Of a stretch of 64,000 nucleotides of DNA, positions 11,920-21,135 are shown one piece after another. The notes beneath the pieces are model-generated. The model did not search any database and was not told the DNA's origin. It saw only the letters and a list, made by a program, of their open reading frames with translations. The position numbers and the translations under genes are program-made. This stretch comes from an uncultured delta proteobacterium (GTDB taxonomy: Bacteria > Desulfobacterota > Binatia > DP-6): NCBI GenBank assembly GCA_963815115.1, contig CAWFFN010000012.1:640001-704000 (forward strand), given 5' to 3'. The stretch's first letter is position 1. Each line of letters begins with the position of its first letter.

Positions 11920-13404
11920 ATGGCCGCGATCGATTCGTTGCTGGGCATCGTCGACCTGAAGAAGGCCGACGGCATCGTTCTGGCGACCGACGAGGTGCCC
12001 GCGCTGCTGATCGGTGGCAGCCGCAGTCCGCTCACCATGCCGCCGCTGTCCGCGTCGATGGTGGAAGGGGCGCTGGCCGAGCTGCTGACCCCCGAGCTCA
12101 GGGCGGAGCTCGGCTCCGCGGGACACGTCGAGACCAGCCACGCCAGCGGCAGTCGGGGCACCTTCAACGTCCGGGTTCGCGTGGCCGACGGGAGGGCGAC
12201 GGTCACGCTGGAGAAGGGATACGACACGCGAGGTGCCGCGCTCGGAGCGACCGCCGCGCCGTCTCCCGTCGCGCCGGGCGGCCTCGAGACGTCGGCGGAC
12301 AACGAGCCCATCCCACTCGCGGCGGCGCTCGATCGCGCCCTCGCCCGGCGTGCCTCCGACGTGCTGCTGTCGACGGGCTTACGACCCCGCGTGCGAGTCG
12401 AGGGCGAGTGGGTCGAGGTCGACGCTGCTCCCGTCGTTGCCGCGGCGGATCTCGAGCACGCGTTCGTGTCGCGTCTGGCGGACGAGCGCCGGCGCTCGCT
12501 CGAGCAGACGGGAAGCGTGGACCTGGCGTTCGTGCGCCGGGATCCGCGCACCGGCGAGGACGTTCGCTTCCGGGTGAATCTCTTCCGTCAGTTCGCGGGG
12601 CTGGCCGCGGCCCTGCGCCCGCTGTGGACGATCCTGCCCAGCCTGGCCGACCTGCACCTGCCCGCCGCGCTGCAGCCCATCATGAGCTTGCGTCACGGGC
12701 TCGTGGTGATGACGGGAGCCACCGGCTCGGGCAAGTCCACGACACTCGCGGCCCTGCTCGATCACGTCAATCACACGCGGCCCTGTCACATCGTGACCCT
12801 CGAGGACCCGATCGAGTACCTCTTCCGGCCCGACCGTGCGGTGATTCATCAGCGCGAGATCGGGACGCACGCGAACGGCTTCGCGTCAGGCTTGCGTGCA
12901 GCGCTGCGCGAGAGCCCGGACATCATCCTGGTGGGCGAGATGCGCGACGCCGAGACCATCCGCCTGGCGCTGACCGCGGGCGAGACGGGACACCTCGTGA
13001 TGTCCACGCTCCACAGCGGCACGGCGGCGATGGCCATCGATCGCATCGTCGACGTCTTCGGCGAGGCGGAGAAGAGCGAGGTGCGGCAGCAGCTCGCCGG
13101 TACGCTGCGCCACGTGATCGCGCAGCAGCTCGTCCCCACGCCACAGGGAGATCGCATCCCCGTGCTGGAGATGCTGACGGTGACGCACGCGATCGCGGCG
13201 CAGATCCGCGAGGGCCGTACCCACTTCCTGGCCGCTCAGATGGAGATCGAGGCGGGCGAGCGCATGGTGACGATGGAGCGCGCGCTCGCGGAGCTGGTCC
13301 GCACCGGGCGCCTCGCTCGCCAGTCCGCACTCGAGGCCTCGCAGCGGCGCGACGAGCTGCTCAAGCTGCTGGACGAGCGCGCACCCGGCGCCACCAGGCG
13401 CTGA
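11920..13404 (+). CDS. pilT: PilT/PilU family type IV pilus retraction ATPase paralog with extra N-terminal domain
   Basis: GATGSGKST Walker A, TLEDPIE Asp box, RESPDIILVGEMRD Walker B, TGHLVMSTLH His box, AIAAQIRE. Confidence 0.88.
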   Translation: MAAIDSLLGIVDLKKADGIVLATDEVPALLIGGSRSPLTMPPLSASMVEGALAELLTPELRAELGSAGHVETSHASGSRGTFNVRVRVADGRATVTLEKGYDTRGAALGATAAPSPVAPGGLETSADNEPIPLAAALDRALARRASDVLLSTGLRPRVRVEGEWVEVDAAPVVAAADLEHAFVSRLADERRRSLEQTGSVDLAFVRRDPRTGEDVRFRVNLFRQFAGLAAALRPLWTILPSLADLHLPAALQPIMSLRHGLVVMTGATGSGKSTTLAALLDHVNHTRPCHIVTLEDPIEYLFRPDRAVIHQREIGTHANGFASGLRAALRESPDIILVGEMRDAETIRLALTAGETGHLVMSTLHSGTAAMAIDRIVDVFGEAEKSEVRQQLAGTLRHVIAQQLVPTPQGDRIPVLEMLTVTHAIAAQIREGRTHFLAAQMEIEAGERMVTMERALAELVRTGRLARQSALEASQRRDELLKLLDERAPGATRR

Positions 13405-13448
13405 CGCGGTGGCGTGCGCCTGCCCGGGTGGTCTAGGCTGTCCGCAGC

Positions 13449-14591
13449 ATGAAGGACCGCATCGCCGTCATCGGGGTCGGGTGCACCAAGTTCGGCGAGC
13501 GCTACGACCGGGGCTACGAGGAGCTGATCTGCGACGCCGCGTTCGCGGCCTACGAGGACGCGGGCATCGAGCCGGCGGAGATCGAGGCCGGCTACCTGGG
13601 CACGTACCTGCCTGGACCGGGCGGCGGAAAGTCGGCCACGTCGCTGGCGGATGCGCTCCGCCTGTACGGACGGCCGATCACGCGGGTCGAGAACTACTGC
13701 GCCACCGGCACCGACGCCTTCCGCAACGCCTGCCTCGCCGTGGCCGCGGGCGTGCACGACGTCGTCCTCGTCGTCGGAGCCGAGAAGCTCAAGGACCGCG
13801 GTGGCCGCGGCATCCCGCGCCTGGGACATCCGCTGCTGGCCCGCGGCAACACGGCGCCGGGACTCTTCGCCCTCGCCGCCAACCGCTACATGCACACCTT
13901 CGGCCTCGGCCGCGAGACGATGGCCAGGGTCGCCGTGAAGAACCACGCCAACGGCGCCAGGAACGAGAAGGCGCATCTACGCTCCGAGATCACGGTCGAG
14001 CAGGTCTTGAAGGCGCCGATCATCGCGTGGCCCTTCGGTCTCTTCGACTGCTGCCCGACCACCGACGGCGCCGCCGCGGCCATCGTGTGCCGGCCCGAGG
14101 TGGCGAAGCGGTTCCGGAAGCCTGCCATCCTCGTGAAGGGTGCGGCGCTCGCCGTCGAGACCGGCAAGCCGTACTTCGATCCGACCTTCGACTACCTGGG
14201 ATTCCGCTCGACCCAGAAGGCGGCGCAGGCGGCCTACACCATGGCGGGCATCACGGCGCGCGACATCGACTTCGCCGAGGTGCACGACTGCTTCACCTGG
14301 ACGGAGATCTCGAACACCGAGGATCTCGGCTTCTGCCGCAAGGGCGAGGGCGGGAAGCTCGTCGAGGAGGGCCGCACGGCGCTCGACGGCGACATCCCGA
14401 TCAACCCGAGCGGCGGACTCAAGTCGTTCGGCCATCCCATCGGCGCGAGCGGCGTCCGCATGATCTACGAGGTGGTCACCCAGCTCCGCGGCGAGGCGGG
14501 CGCGCGCCAGGTGAAGAATCCCCGGCTCGGCCTCGCGCACAACGTCGGCGGGCCGGGCGCGGTGTCCTGCGTCGTCGTCCTCGGGAATTAG
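13449..14591 (+). CDS. Thiolase-fold acetyl-CoA acyltransferase (SCP2/PhlC type)
   Basis: ENYCATG (catalytic Cys), EVHDCF, GHPIGASG, HNVGG. Confidence 0.9.
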   Translation: MKDRIAVIGVGCTKFGERYDRGYEELICDAAFAAYEDAGIEPAEIEAGYLGTYLPGPGGGKSATSLADALRLYGRPITRVENYCATGTDAFRNACLAVAAGVHDVVLVVGAEKLKDRGGRGIPRLGHPLLARGNTAPGLFALAANRYMHTFGLGRETMARVAVKNHANGARNEKAHLRSEITVEQVLKAPIIAWPFGLFDCCPTTDGAAAAIVCRPEVAKRFRKPAILVKGAALAVETGKPYFDPTFDYLGFRSTQKAAQAAYTMAGITARDIDFAEVHDCFTWTEISNTEDLGFCRKGEGGKLVEEGRTALDGDIPINPSGGLKSFGHPIGASGVRMIYEVVTQLRGEAGARQVKNPRLGLAHNVGGPGAVSCVVVLGN

Positions 14592-14594
14592 GAG

Positions 14595-14882
14595 CGACCC
14601 GAGACTTCGTCTCGGGTCGAGACGGAGGGCGGGGACGAGACTCCATGAACAGTGCGGACGTCGTGCCGCGGCCGGCGTAGCCGGCGCGGCAAACGTTCCG
14701 GAGTCGAGACTCTGGAGCTGAGAACGGCATGCCTGTGGGCCGGTCAGGACGGATTGGGACGGAGCCCTGGGCATGCCACGTTTTGCCGCGCCGGCTTTGC
14801 CGGCCGCGGCACGGCGTCCGCTCGATTCGCCGAACGCCACACGCTCGCCTCCGCTCTCGACCCGAGACGCAGTCTCGGGTCG
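14595..14882. repeat. Composite palindromic intergenic element, copy A (two inverted two-hairpin arms)
   Basis: CGACCCGAGAC-N3-GTCTCGGGTCG at 14595-14619 and 14858-14882; TGCCGCGGCCGGC-N3-GCCGGCGCGGCA at 14664-14691 and inverted at 14784-14811. Confidence 0.9.
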
Positions 14883-14886
14883 CGCG

Positions 14887-15342
14887 TTATCGCCGGATCG
14901 ACATCACGAAGATGACGGCCAGCAGCAGGATCATCACGGCGATGAAGAATCCCGAGAAAGTGCGGAAGGCCGACACGTTGGCGTTGACGCCGCCGATGTC
15001 GCCCTTGAGCTCGTCGAGCTGCTGGCGCAGGCTCGAGGTCTCGACGTAGAGACCCTTCACCTCCTCGCGCAGCTTCTGCACCTCTTCGTCTCGCGCGCTG
15101 TTCTGATCCTTCAGCTCGCTGACCAGCCCGGGGACGGCGTCGATCCCCTCCTTCACGTGCCAGAGCTGCTCGCCGGCCCACTTCTGCGCCTCGGCGAGCT
15201 GGCGCAGCAGGTCGTCGGTGGCCGCGCGTGCCGCGGTCGCGTTCGCGGCAGCGGCGCTCGCGCCGGCCTTCTGCTGGGCGTGGGCCGCGCCGACGAGCAG
15301 ACACACGAGGGCCGCGATGAGGACCGTGCCGCGTCGATTCAT
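14887..15342 (-). CDS. Hypothetical exported coiled-coil protein with C-terminal transmembrane anchor
   Basis: Signal peptide (AHA-QQ), heptad region, terminal hydrophobic helix FFIAVMILLLAVIFVM. Confidence 0.75.
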   Translation of the reverse strand: MNRRGTVLIAALVCLLVGAAHAQQKAGASAAAANATAARAATDDLLRQLAEAQKWAGEQLWHVKEGIDAVPGLVSELKDQNSARDEEVQKLREEVKGLYVETSSLRQQLDELKGDIGGVNANVSAFRTFSGFFIAVMILLLAVIFVMSIRR

Positions 15343-15381
15343 CAGCCGGCCACTCTTATGCGCCAGCCGCGGAGACCGTCA

Positions 15382-15411
15382 AGCCATCACGGGCGCAGCC
15401 ATCACGGGCGC
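15382..15411. repeat. 15-bp tandem duplication of the asnS 3' end including its stop codon
   Basis: AGCCATCACGGGCGC at 15382-15396 and 15397-15411. Confidence 0.85.
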
Positions 15412-16697
15412 AGTCGCTCCAGCATGCGCGGGAAGGGAATCGTCTCGCGCACGTGGTGCAGGCCGCACAGCCAGGCGACGCAGCGTTCGATGCCCATGCC
15501 GAAGCCGGCGTGCGGAACCGAGCCGAAGCGGCGGAGGTCGAGATACCACGCGAACGCCTCGCGCGGCAGGGCGTGCTCGCCGACGCGCGCTTCGAGGGTT
15601 GCCAGGTCGTCCTCGCGCTGGCCGCCGCCGATGATCTCGCCGTAGCCCTCGGGGGCGAGCACGTCCACGCACAGCGCGAGGCGGGGATCGGCCGGGTCGG
15701 CCTTCATGTAGAACGCCTTGGTGGCGAGCGGATAGCGGTGGACCATCACGGGGCGGTCGAAGGACTTCGACAGCGCCGTCTCCGCCTCGGCGCCGAGGTC
15801 GTCGCCCCACGCGATCTCCACTCCCTGCTGCCGCAGGCGCTCGATCGCCTCGCTGTAGGTGATGCGGGGAAACGGCTTCTGGATGCGCTCGAGAAGGGCC
15901 AGGTCGCGCTCGAGCGTGCGCAGCTCCGGGGCGCGGCGCTCGAGCACGCGTCCGACGACGTGCGCGAGGAAGTCCTCCGCGAGGTCCATGTCCTCGTCGA
16001 GCCCGGCGAACGCCATCTCGGGCTCCACCATCCAGAACTCGGTGAGGTGTCGCCGGGTCTTCGACTTCTCGGCGCGAAACGTCGGCCCGAAGACGTACAC
16101 CTTGCCGAACGCCAGCGCGCCGGCTTCCGCGTAGAGCTGCCCGCTCTGGGTCAGGTAGGCGGTGTCGCCGAAGTACTCGACCGGGAACAACGTCGTCGTT
16201 CCCTCGCAGGCGGCGGGAGTGAGGATGGGCGCGTCGAAGCCGAGGAAGCCGTGGCCGTCCAGGTAGTCGCGCGCGGCACGTACCACCTCGGCGCGGATGC
16301 GGAGCACGGCGTGCTGGCGGCCCGAGCGCAGCCACAGATGGCGGTGCTCGAGCAGGAAGGCGGTGCCGTGGTCCTTGGGAGCGATGGGATACTCGTCGAC
16401 CGGGACGTGCAGCACGCGCAGGTCGGAGACGCCGACCTCGACGCCGAGAGGTGCCCGGGCATCGGCGCGCACCGCGCCCGTCACCTCGAGCGACGTCTCC
16501 TGCGGCAGGTGATCGGCGCGCGTGAAGACCTCGGCCGCGACGTCGTTCTTCCCCATCACGCACTGCACGGTGCCCGTGCCGTCGCGCACCTGGAGGAAGT
16601 GGACCTTCCCGCTCGACCGCCGCGATGCCAGCCAGCCGCGCAGCGTGACCGTCTCGCCTACGTGTGCGCCGAGGCCGTCGATCGTCACCACCGGCAT
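15402..16697 (-). CDS. asnS: Asparagine--tRNA ligase
   Basis: OB anticodon domain, [54 protein letters not shown]. Confidence 0.96.
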   Translation of the reverse strand: MPVVTIDGLGAHVGETVTLRGWLASRRSSGKVHFLQVRDGTGTVQCVMGKNDVAAEVFTRADHLPQETSLEVTGAVRADARAPLGVEVGVSDLRVLHVPVDEYPIAPKDHGTAFLLEHRHLWLRSGRQHAVLRIRAEVVRAARDYLDGHGFLGFDAPILTPAACEGTTTLFPVEYFGDTAYLTQSGQLYAEAGALAFGKVYVFGPTFRAEKSKTRRHLTEFWMVEPEMAFAGLDEDMDLAEDFLAHVVGRVLERRAPELRTLERDLALLERIQKPFPRITYSEAIERLRQQGVEIAWGDDLGAEAETALSKSFDRPVMVHRYPLATKAFYMKADPADPRLALCVDVLAPEGYGEIIGGGQREDDLATLEARVGEHALPREAFAWYLDLRRFGSVPHAGFGMGIERCVAWLCGLHHVRETIPFPRMLERLRP

Positions 16698-16774
16698 GCG
16701 CCCCTCTAACCTCGGCGAGCTGCAAAGTCACGCCGGTGAGGAACGATCGGCACGCGCGTCACGACCGTCTCGTC

Positions 16775-16814
16775 GAAAGCCGACGGGCCGGCGGGTTTCC
16801 CCGCCGGCCCGTCG
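16775..16814 (-). terminator. Intrinsic terminator of amt
   Basis: Perfect 15-bp stem CGACGGGCCGGCGGG-GAAA-CCCGCCGGCCCGTCG followed by GCTTTC on the minus strand, about 22 nt after the amt stop. Confidence 0.75.
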
Positions 16815-16836
16815 CCGCGCTCGGAACCGTTCCTCG

Positions 16837-18540
16837 CTATCCCGCCAGCCGCTGCCCGGACGGATGAATCTGGAAATCCGGGTAGCCCAGCGTGCCCATC
16901 TCGGGGCCGTCCAGCCCCTCCAGCTCCGTTTCCGCGCTCACGCGGATCGGCGTGATGAGATCGCTCAGCTTGAACCAGACGTACGCCATCAGGAAGCCGA
17001 ACACCGCCACCACCACGCAATCGATGGCCTGCATGATGAACTGCGAGAAGTCGCCATACAGCAGGCCGCGCACGCCATCCGACCCGTACGCCTGCACCAT
17101 CGCGTCGCGCACCACGCCGTTCCAGCCGGCGCCGTACTGACCCGTCGCGAAGATCCCGACGGAGAGCACGCCCCAGAGGCCGTTGACCCCGTGCACGGAG
17201 ATGGCCCCGACCGGGTCGTCGACGCCGCGAGCCTCGAAGAAGAAGACGCTCACGACCACCAACCAGCCGGCTACCGCACCGATCACGGCAGCCGCCCAGG
17301 GGTCGACGAACGCGCACGGCGCCGTGATCGCGACCAGGCCGGCGAGCATGCCGTTGCACATCATCGTGGGATCGGGCCGGAGCCCCCTCAGCATGAGCAC
17401 CACCATCGCGCCGAGGCAGCCCGTGATGCTGGCCAGCATCGTGTTCACCACGATGTAGCTGATCCGGAGGTCGGTTCCCGCCAGCGTCGAGCCCGGGTTG
17501 AAGCCGAACCACCCGAAGGCGAGGATGAACGTCCCGAGCACCACCATCGGGACATTGTGTCCCGGCATGGCCTGCGGCTTCCCCTTCGAGTCGTACTTGC
17601 CGATGCGCGCGCCGATGACCAGGGCTCCCGCGAGCCCGATGATCCCGCCCATCGCGTGCACGACGCCCGAGCCTGCGAAGTCCACCGCCCCGTGTCCCAG
17701 GCCCCAGTTGACGCCGCCCTGCGCCAGCCATCCACCGCCCCAGAGCCAGTTCGCGTAGATGCAGTACGGGAGCGCGATCCACAGGCCGTACAGGCAGAAG
17801 TTCTTCCACGCCCAGCGTTCGGCCATCGCTCCCGTCGGAATGGTCGCGGTGGTGTCCATGAAGACCATCATGAAGAAGAACAGCACCATCACGCTGACGT
17901 CGCCGACGGAGGTGCCGAGGAAGAAGCCCTTCGTCCCGATGATGCCATACGTGAATGCGCCTGTGGCGTTCCCGGCGGCGTCGGTGACGGCGCCCAGGCC
18001 GAGGCCGCTGTTCAGCACCGCCAGTCCGGGACCCAGCGAGGGATACCATCCCGGTGGCACCGGTCCGTTCCACCAGTTGCCCCAGCCGATGGCGAAGCCG
18101 TAGACCCAGAACCCGAGGCAGCCGAGCGGATAGATCATCAGGTTCATCGCCGAGGTGTGCGAGGCGTTCTTCGCCCGACACAGCCCGGTCTCGACGAACA
18201 TGAAGCCGGCCTGCATGAACATGACCAGGAAGCCCGCGACCAGGGCCCACACGTAATTGATCGCGTAGAGGTTGTGGACCACCCGATCGTAGACGTCGGT
18301 CACGGAGAGCGATCCGGGCACATCGCCCTTGCCGTCTCCTGCCGGGGTGGCCCACACGCCGGCTGCCCCGCCAGTCGGATCTGGCCACGCCGGCTTCGCG
18401 GCGTCCGGGCTCGTTGCCGTGAAGTAGCCGGGCAGCTGGGGCGCATCGTCCGCGCGTGCCACCCTGACGATCGAGGGCGCTGCAGCCGTGAGTAGGAACA
18501 GCGCCAGCACTCCTACAACTCGCTTCCGTGGGTTCACCAT
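16837..18540 (-). CDS. amt: Ammonium transporter (Amt family); start could be 18552 or 18594
   Basis: FMQAGF, GAMAER, DFAGSGVVH, WFGFNPGS, DDPVGAISVHG (twin-His), ELEGLD. Confidence 0.94.
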   Translation of the reverse strand: MVNPRKRVVGVLALFLLTAAAPSIVRVARADDAPQLPGYFTATSPDAAKPAWPDPTGGAAGVWATPAGDGKGDVPGSLSVTDVYDRVVHNLYAINYVWALVAGFLVMFMQAGFMFVETGLCRAKNASHTSAMNLMIYPLGCLGFWVYGFAIGWGNWWNGPVPPGWYPSLGPGLAVLNSGLGLGAVTDAAGNATGAFTYGIIGTKGFFLGTSVGDVSVMVLFFFMMVFMDTTATIPTGAMAERWAWKNFCLYGLWIALPYCIYANWLWGGGWLAQGGVNWGLGHGAVDFAGSGVVHAMGGIIGLAGALVIGARIGKYDSKGKPQAMPGHNVPMVVLGTFILAFGWFGFNPGSTLAGTDLRISYIVVNTMLASITGCLGAMVVLMLRGLRPDPTMMCNGMLAGLVAITAPCAFVDPWAAAVIGAVAGWLVVVSVFFFEARGVDDPVGAISVHGVNGLWGVLSVGIFATGQYGAGWNGVVRDAMVQAYGSDGVRGLLYGDFSQFIMQAIDCVVVAVFGFLMAYVWFKLSDLITPIRVSAETELEGLDGPEMGTLGYPDFQIHPSGQRLAG

Positions 18541-18631
18541 CGCGTTTTTCACTCCCCGATCTCCTTGCGGTGAGATGGTCTTGCCGTCGTCCATGGCTTC
18601 ACTGCCCCGGTTCGGCGGCACGCAGCCAACG

Positions 18632-18648
18632 AGCAAGCAGGGTGCCAG
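18632..18648 (-). promoter_or_regulatory. Sigma-54 (-24/-12) promoter of amt
   Basis: Minus strand CTGGCACCCTGCTTGCT matches TGGCAC-N5-TTGC. Confidence 0.8.
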
Positions 18649-18755
18649 CGGCCGAGAGATCGGCCAGTGATCCGGCAAAGGGCGGAAAACCGGGGGGAAT
18701 GCCCATAAATCGCGACTCGACCATGGAGGCGGGCAGGATCGAGAGATGGCGGGGC

Positions 18756-18791
18756 TGCTCAATGGATGAGCGAGCGCCCAGTCGTTGAGCA
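18756..18791. promoter_or_regulatory. Tandem NtrC-like enhancer sites upstream of the amt sigma-54 promoter
   Basis: TGCTC-N7-GAGCG (18756-72) and CGCCC-N7-GAGCA (18775-91), about 110-145 bp upstream of the -24 element. Confidence 0.5.
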
Positions 18792-18843
18792 GTCGGCCAT
18801 CTGGTGCGGGCGCTCCCGGCCGGCAGCGGCGCGCGGGGCGCGA

Positions 18844-18999
18844 TCAGTGAGACGAACCGCCTCGCCTCCACCACACCAGGGCGCCGGCGACCAGCGCACC
18901 GATCGCAACGGGGATGGCCGGGGCGCCCAGGCCACCGATCAACACCACGGCGGCCACCAGGATGGCGCCCACCACGCTGCGCACCATGGGATCCTTCAT
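18844..18999 (-). CDS. Small two-TM membrane protein
   Basis: 51 aa hydrophobic hairpin ending WWRRGG; GAGGG upstream. Confidence 0.5.
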   Translation of the reverse strand: MKDPMVRSVVGAILVAAVVLIGGLGAPAIPVAIGALVAGALVWWRRGGSSH

Positions 19000-19332
19000 G
19001 ATCGCCCTCGCTGGAGATCGGGATAGCCGAGCGCTTTCATCCCCGGCAAGTGTCCCTCGGCCAGACCCCAGACGAGACGACGGGACACCCGGGTCGTCGT
19101 GATGCTCACGAGACGGGCGATCCGCTGCTCGCGTGGTCGACGGCGGCATTGCACCGCGAGCGACGAGCCAGCGCGACGCCGTTCAAAGATCGCACCACGG
19201 AGCCACGAGCCTGCCGCACGTCGCCGCCCGTCGAATGGGCGGCGGCCCCGGGGAAGCCGGCGCGCCACGAAGCCCTCGTTCGACGGAGGCGCCGTTCCAT
19301 CCGGGGGCGTATCCCTGGTAGATCCGGCTGCC

Positions 19333-20436
19333 ATGAAGCCCACGAGCTTCGACATGGAGCGGGGTATCGCGCGCTGTCGCATCTTCCTCTCCGTGGCTGC
19401 GATCCTCGCGTGGTACGTCGACCCGACCGATCCCTTGCTCACCCGCTGGCTCCCCCTCACGGGCGGCGCGTTCGCCATCGATCGATATTCGGTCACCGTG
19501 TTGCTGGCGCACCTCGGCTACAGCGTCACGATGGCGTGGGCACAAGGTCGTGCGGTCGTCCGGCCGGCTCGTCTGTCGACCATCGCCACCTGCATGGACG
19601 TCCTGTTCGGCGCCGCGATCGTCCTCGTCACCGAGGGAGCGACGAGCCTGTTCTACGCGTTCTTCGCGTTCGCCGTGCTGAGCGCGGGCCTGCGCTCGGG
19701 CCGGCGTGCCGCGCTGGCCGTCACGGCGGCGAGCATCCTGTTCTACGTGCTCCTGACCGCACTCGCGGCACGGGAGAACCACCACTTCTATGTCATGCGG
19801 GCCGCGTATCTCGCCATCACCGGCTATCTCGTCGGCTACCTCGGGCAGGAGCGGCTGAACCAGGAGGCCCGGCTGCGGGTCCTCGAGGGCAACGCGCAGC
19901 GCGAGCGCATCGCGCGTTCGCTGCACGACGGGTACGCGCAGGCCCTCGCCGGCGTCAACCTGCGGCTCGAGAGCTGCCAGGAGCTCTTCCGGCGCGGCCG
20001 GCAGGCGGACGCGATGGCCGACCTCGGTGAGCTCCAGTCCGGCGTACAGCGCGAGTATGACGAGCTGCGCGCGTACATCCGGTCGCTGGTCGAGGAGGCC
20101 GCGCCCGGTCCGATCGGCCCCCACGATGCGCCGCACTTCTCGGTGCACGCCGACTTCGCCGGCTCGGCTCCGTTCGTCGAGCACGTCCTCCACATCATGC
20201 TGGAAGGCACCCGCAACGTCCGCCGGCACGCCCGCGCCCGCTCCGCCGTGATCAGCGCCCGCACGGTCGCCGGCGAGCTGGTCCTCGCAATCGACGACGA
20301 CGGCGTCGGGTTCCCCGAGGGGACCGAGCCACCGTGGTCGATCGCGTCCCGGGTCAGCGAGTTCGGGGGCGAGCTCGTCCTCGGGAAGGAGGGACAGCCG
20401 GGCGGCCATCTGTTGATCCAGCTGCATCCGGCCTGA
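19333..20436 (+). CDS. Membrane sensor histidine kinase (HisKA_3/NarX type)
   Basis: Multi-TM N-terminus, RERIARSLHDG H-box, EGTRNVRRHA N-box, DDGVGF. Confidence 0.85.
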   Translation: MKPTSFDMERGIARCRIFLSVAAILAWYVDPTDPLLTRWLPLTGGAFAIDRYSVTVLLAHLGYSVTMAWAQGRAVVRPARLSTIATCMDVLFGAAIVLVTEGATSLFYAFFAFAVLSAGLRSGRRAALAVTAASILFYVLLTALAARENHHFYVMRAAYLAITGYLVGYLGQERLNQEARLRVLEGNAQRERIARSLHDGYAQALAGVNLRLESCQELFRRGRQADAMADLGELQSGVQREYDELRAYIRSLVEEAAPGPIGPHDAPHFSVHADFAGSAPFVEHVLHIMLEGTRNVRRHARARSAVISARTVAGELVLAIDDDGVGFPEGTEPPWSIASRVSEFGGELVLGKEGQPGGHLLIQLHPA

Positions 20437-20443
20437 GATGACG

Positions 20444-21073
20444 ATGGCCATCCGGGTCATCATCGCGGACGACCACGCGCTGTTCCGTCAGGGGCTGAGG
20501 TCCATGCTCGCCTTGCAGCCCGACATCACCGTGACTGCCGAGCTGGAGCGGGCAAGCGAGCTCCTGCCGACGCTCGAGAACCACCGCTGCGACGTGCTCC
20601 TGCTCGACCTCCAGATGGAGCGCAACGCGCTCGCGGACATCGAGGCGCTGGCGGAGCGGGTCCCCATCGTCGTCGTCACCGCGAGCGAGCGATCCGAGGA
20701 CGCGCTGGCAGCCATCCGGGCGGGGGCGCGCGGCGTCGTCTGCAAGCGATTCGCTATCGAGACGCTGATGGCGGCCGTGCGCGCCGTCGCCGCGGGGGAG
20801 GTCTGGATGCCTCCGGCGCTCCAGGCGGCCGTCGCGGCCGGCCTGCGCGGGCCGGCGGGAGGCTCGCTCACCCGGCGGGAGCGCGAGATCGTGCGTCACG
20901 TCGCCCTGGGTCTCCGCAATGCCGAGGTGGGTAAGGAGCTCGGCATCGGCGAGGTCACCGTCAAGACGCACATCAACAACATCTTCCAGAAGCTGGGCAT
21001 CCGCGATCGCGTGGAGCTGGCGCTCTACGCGGTGAGAACCGGGATCATCGGGGTCCACGAGCGGCGCCTCTGA
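20444..21073 (+). CDS. NarL/LuxR-family response regulator
   Basis: IADDH, LLDLQM receiver, LTRREREIV...TVKTHINNIFQKLG HTH. Confidence 0.93.
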   Translation: MAIRVIIADDHALFRQGLRSMLALQPDITVTAELERASELLPTLENHRCDVLLLDLQMERNALADIEALAERVPIVVVTASERSEDALAAIRAGARGVVCKRFAIETLMAAVRAVAAGEVWMPPALQAAVAAGLRGPAGGSLTRREREIVRHVALGLRNAEVGKELGIGEVTVKTHINNIFQKLGIRDRVELALYAVRTGIIGVHERRL

Positions 21074-21135
21074 GCGAGAGCTCGAGACGCGGCGAGGGTT
21101 GACGGCGCGGTGCCGCGTGCGGTCGGATCGCGCGC

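Noticed and set aside
14595-14882. Palindromic repeats as a CRISPR array
   Set aside because: Copies are dispersed and inverted, not tandem direct repeats with unique spacers; no cas genes.
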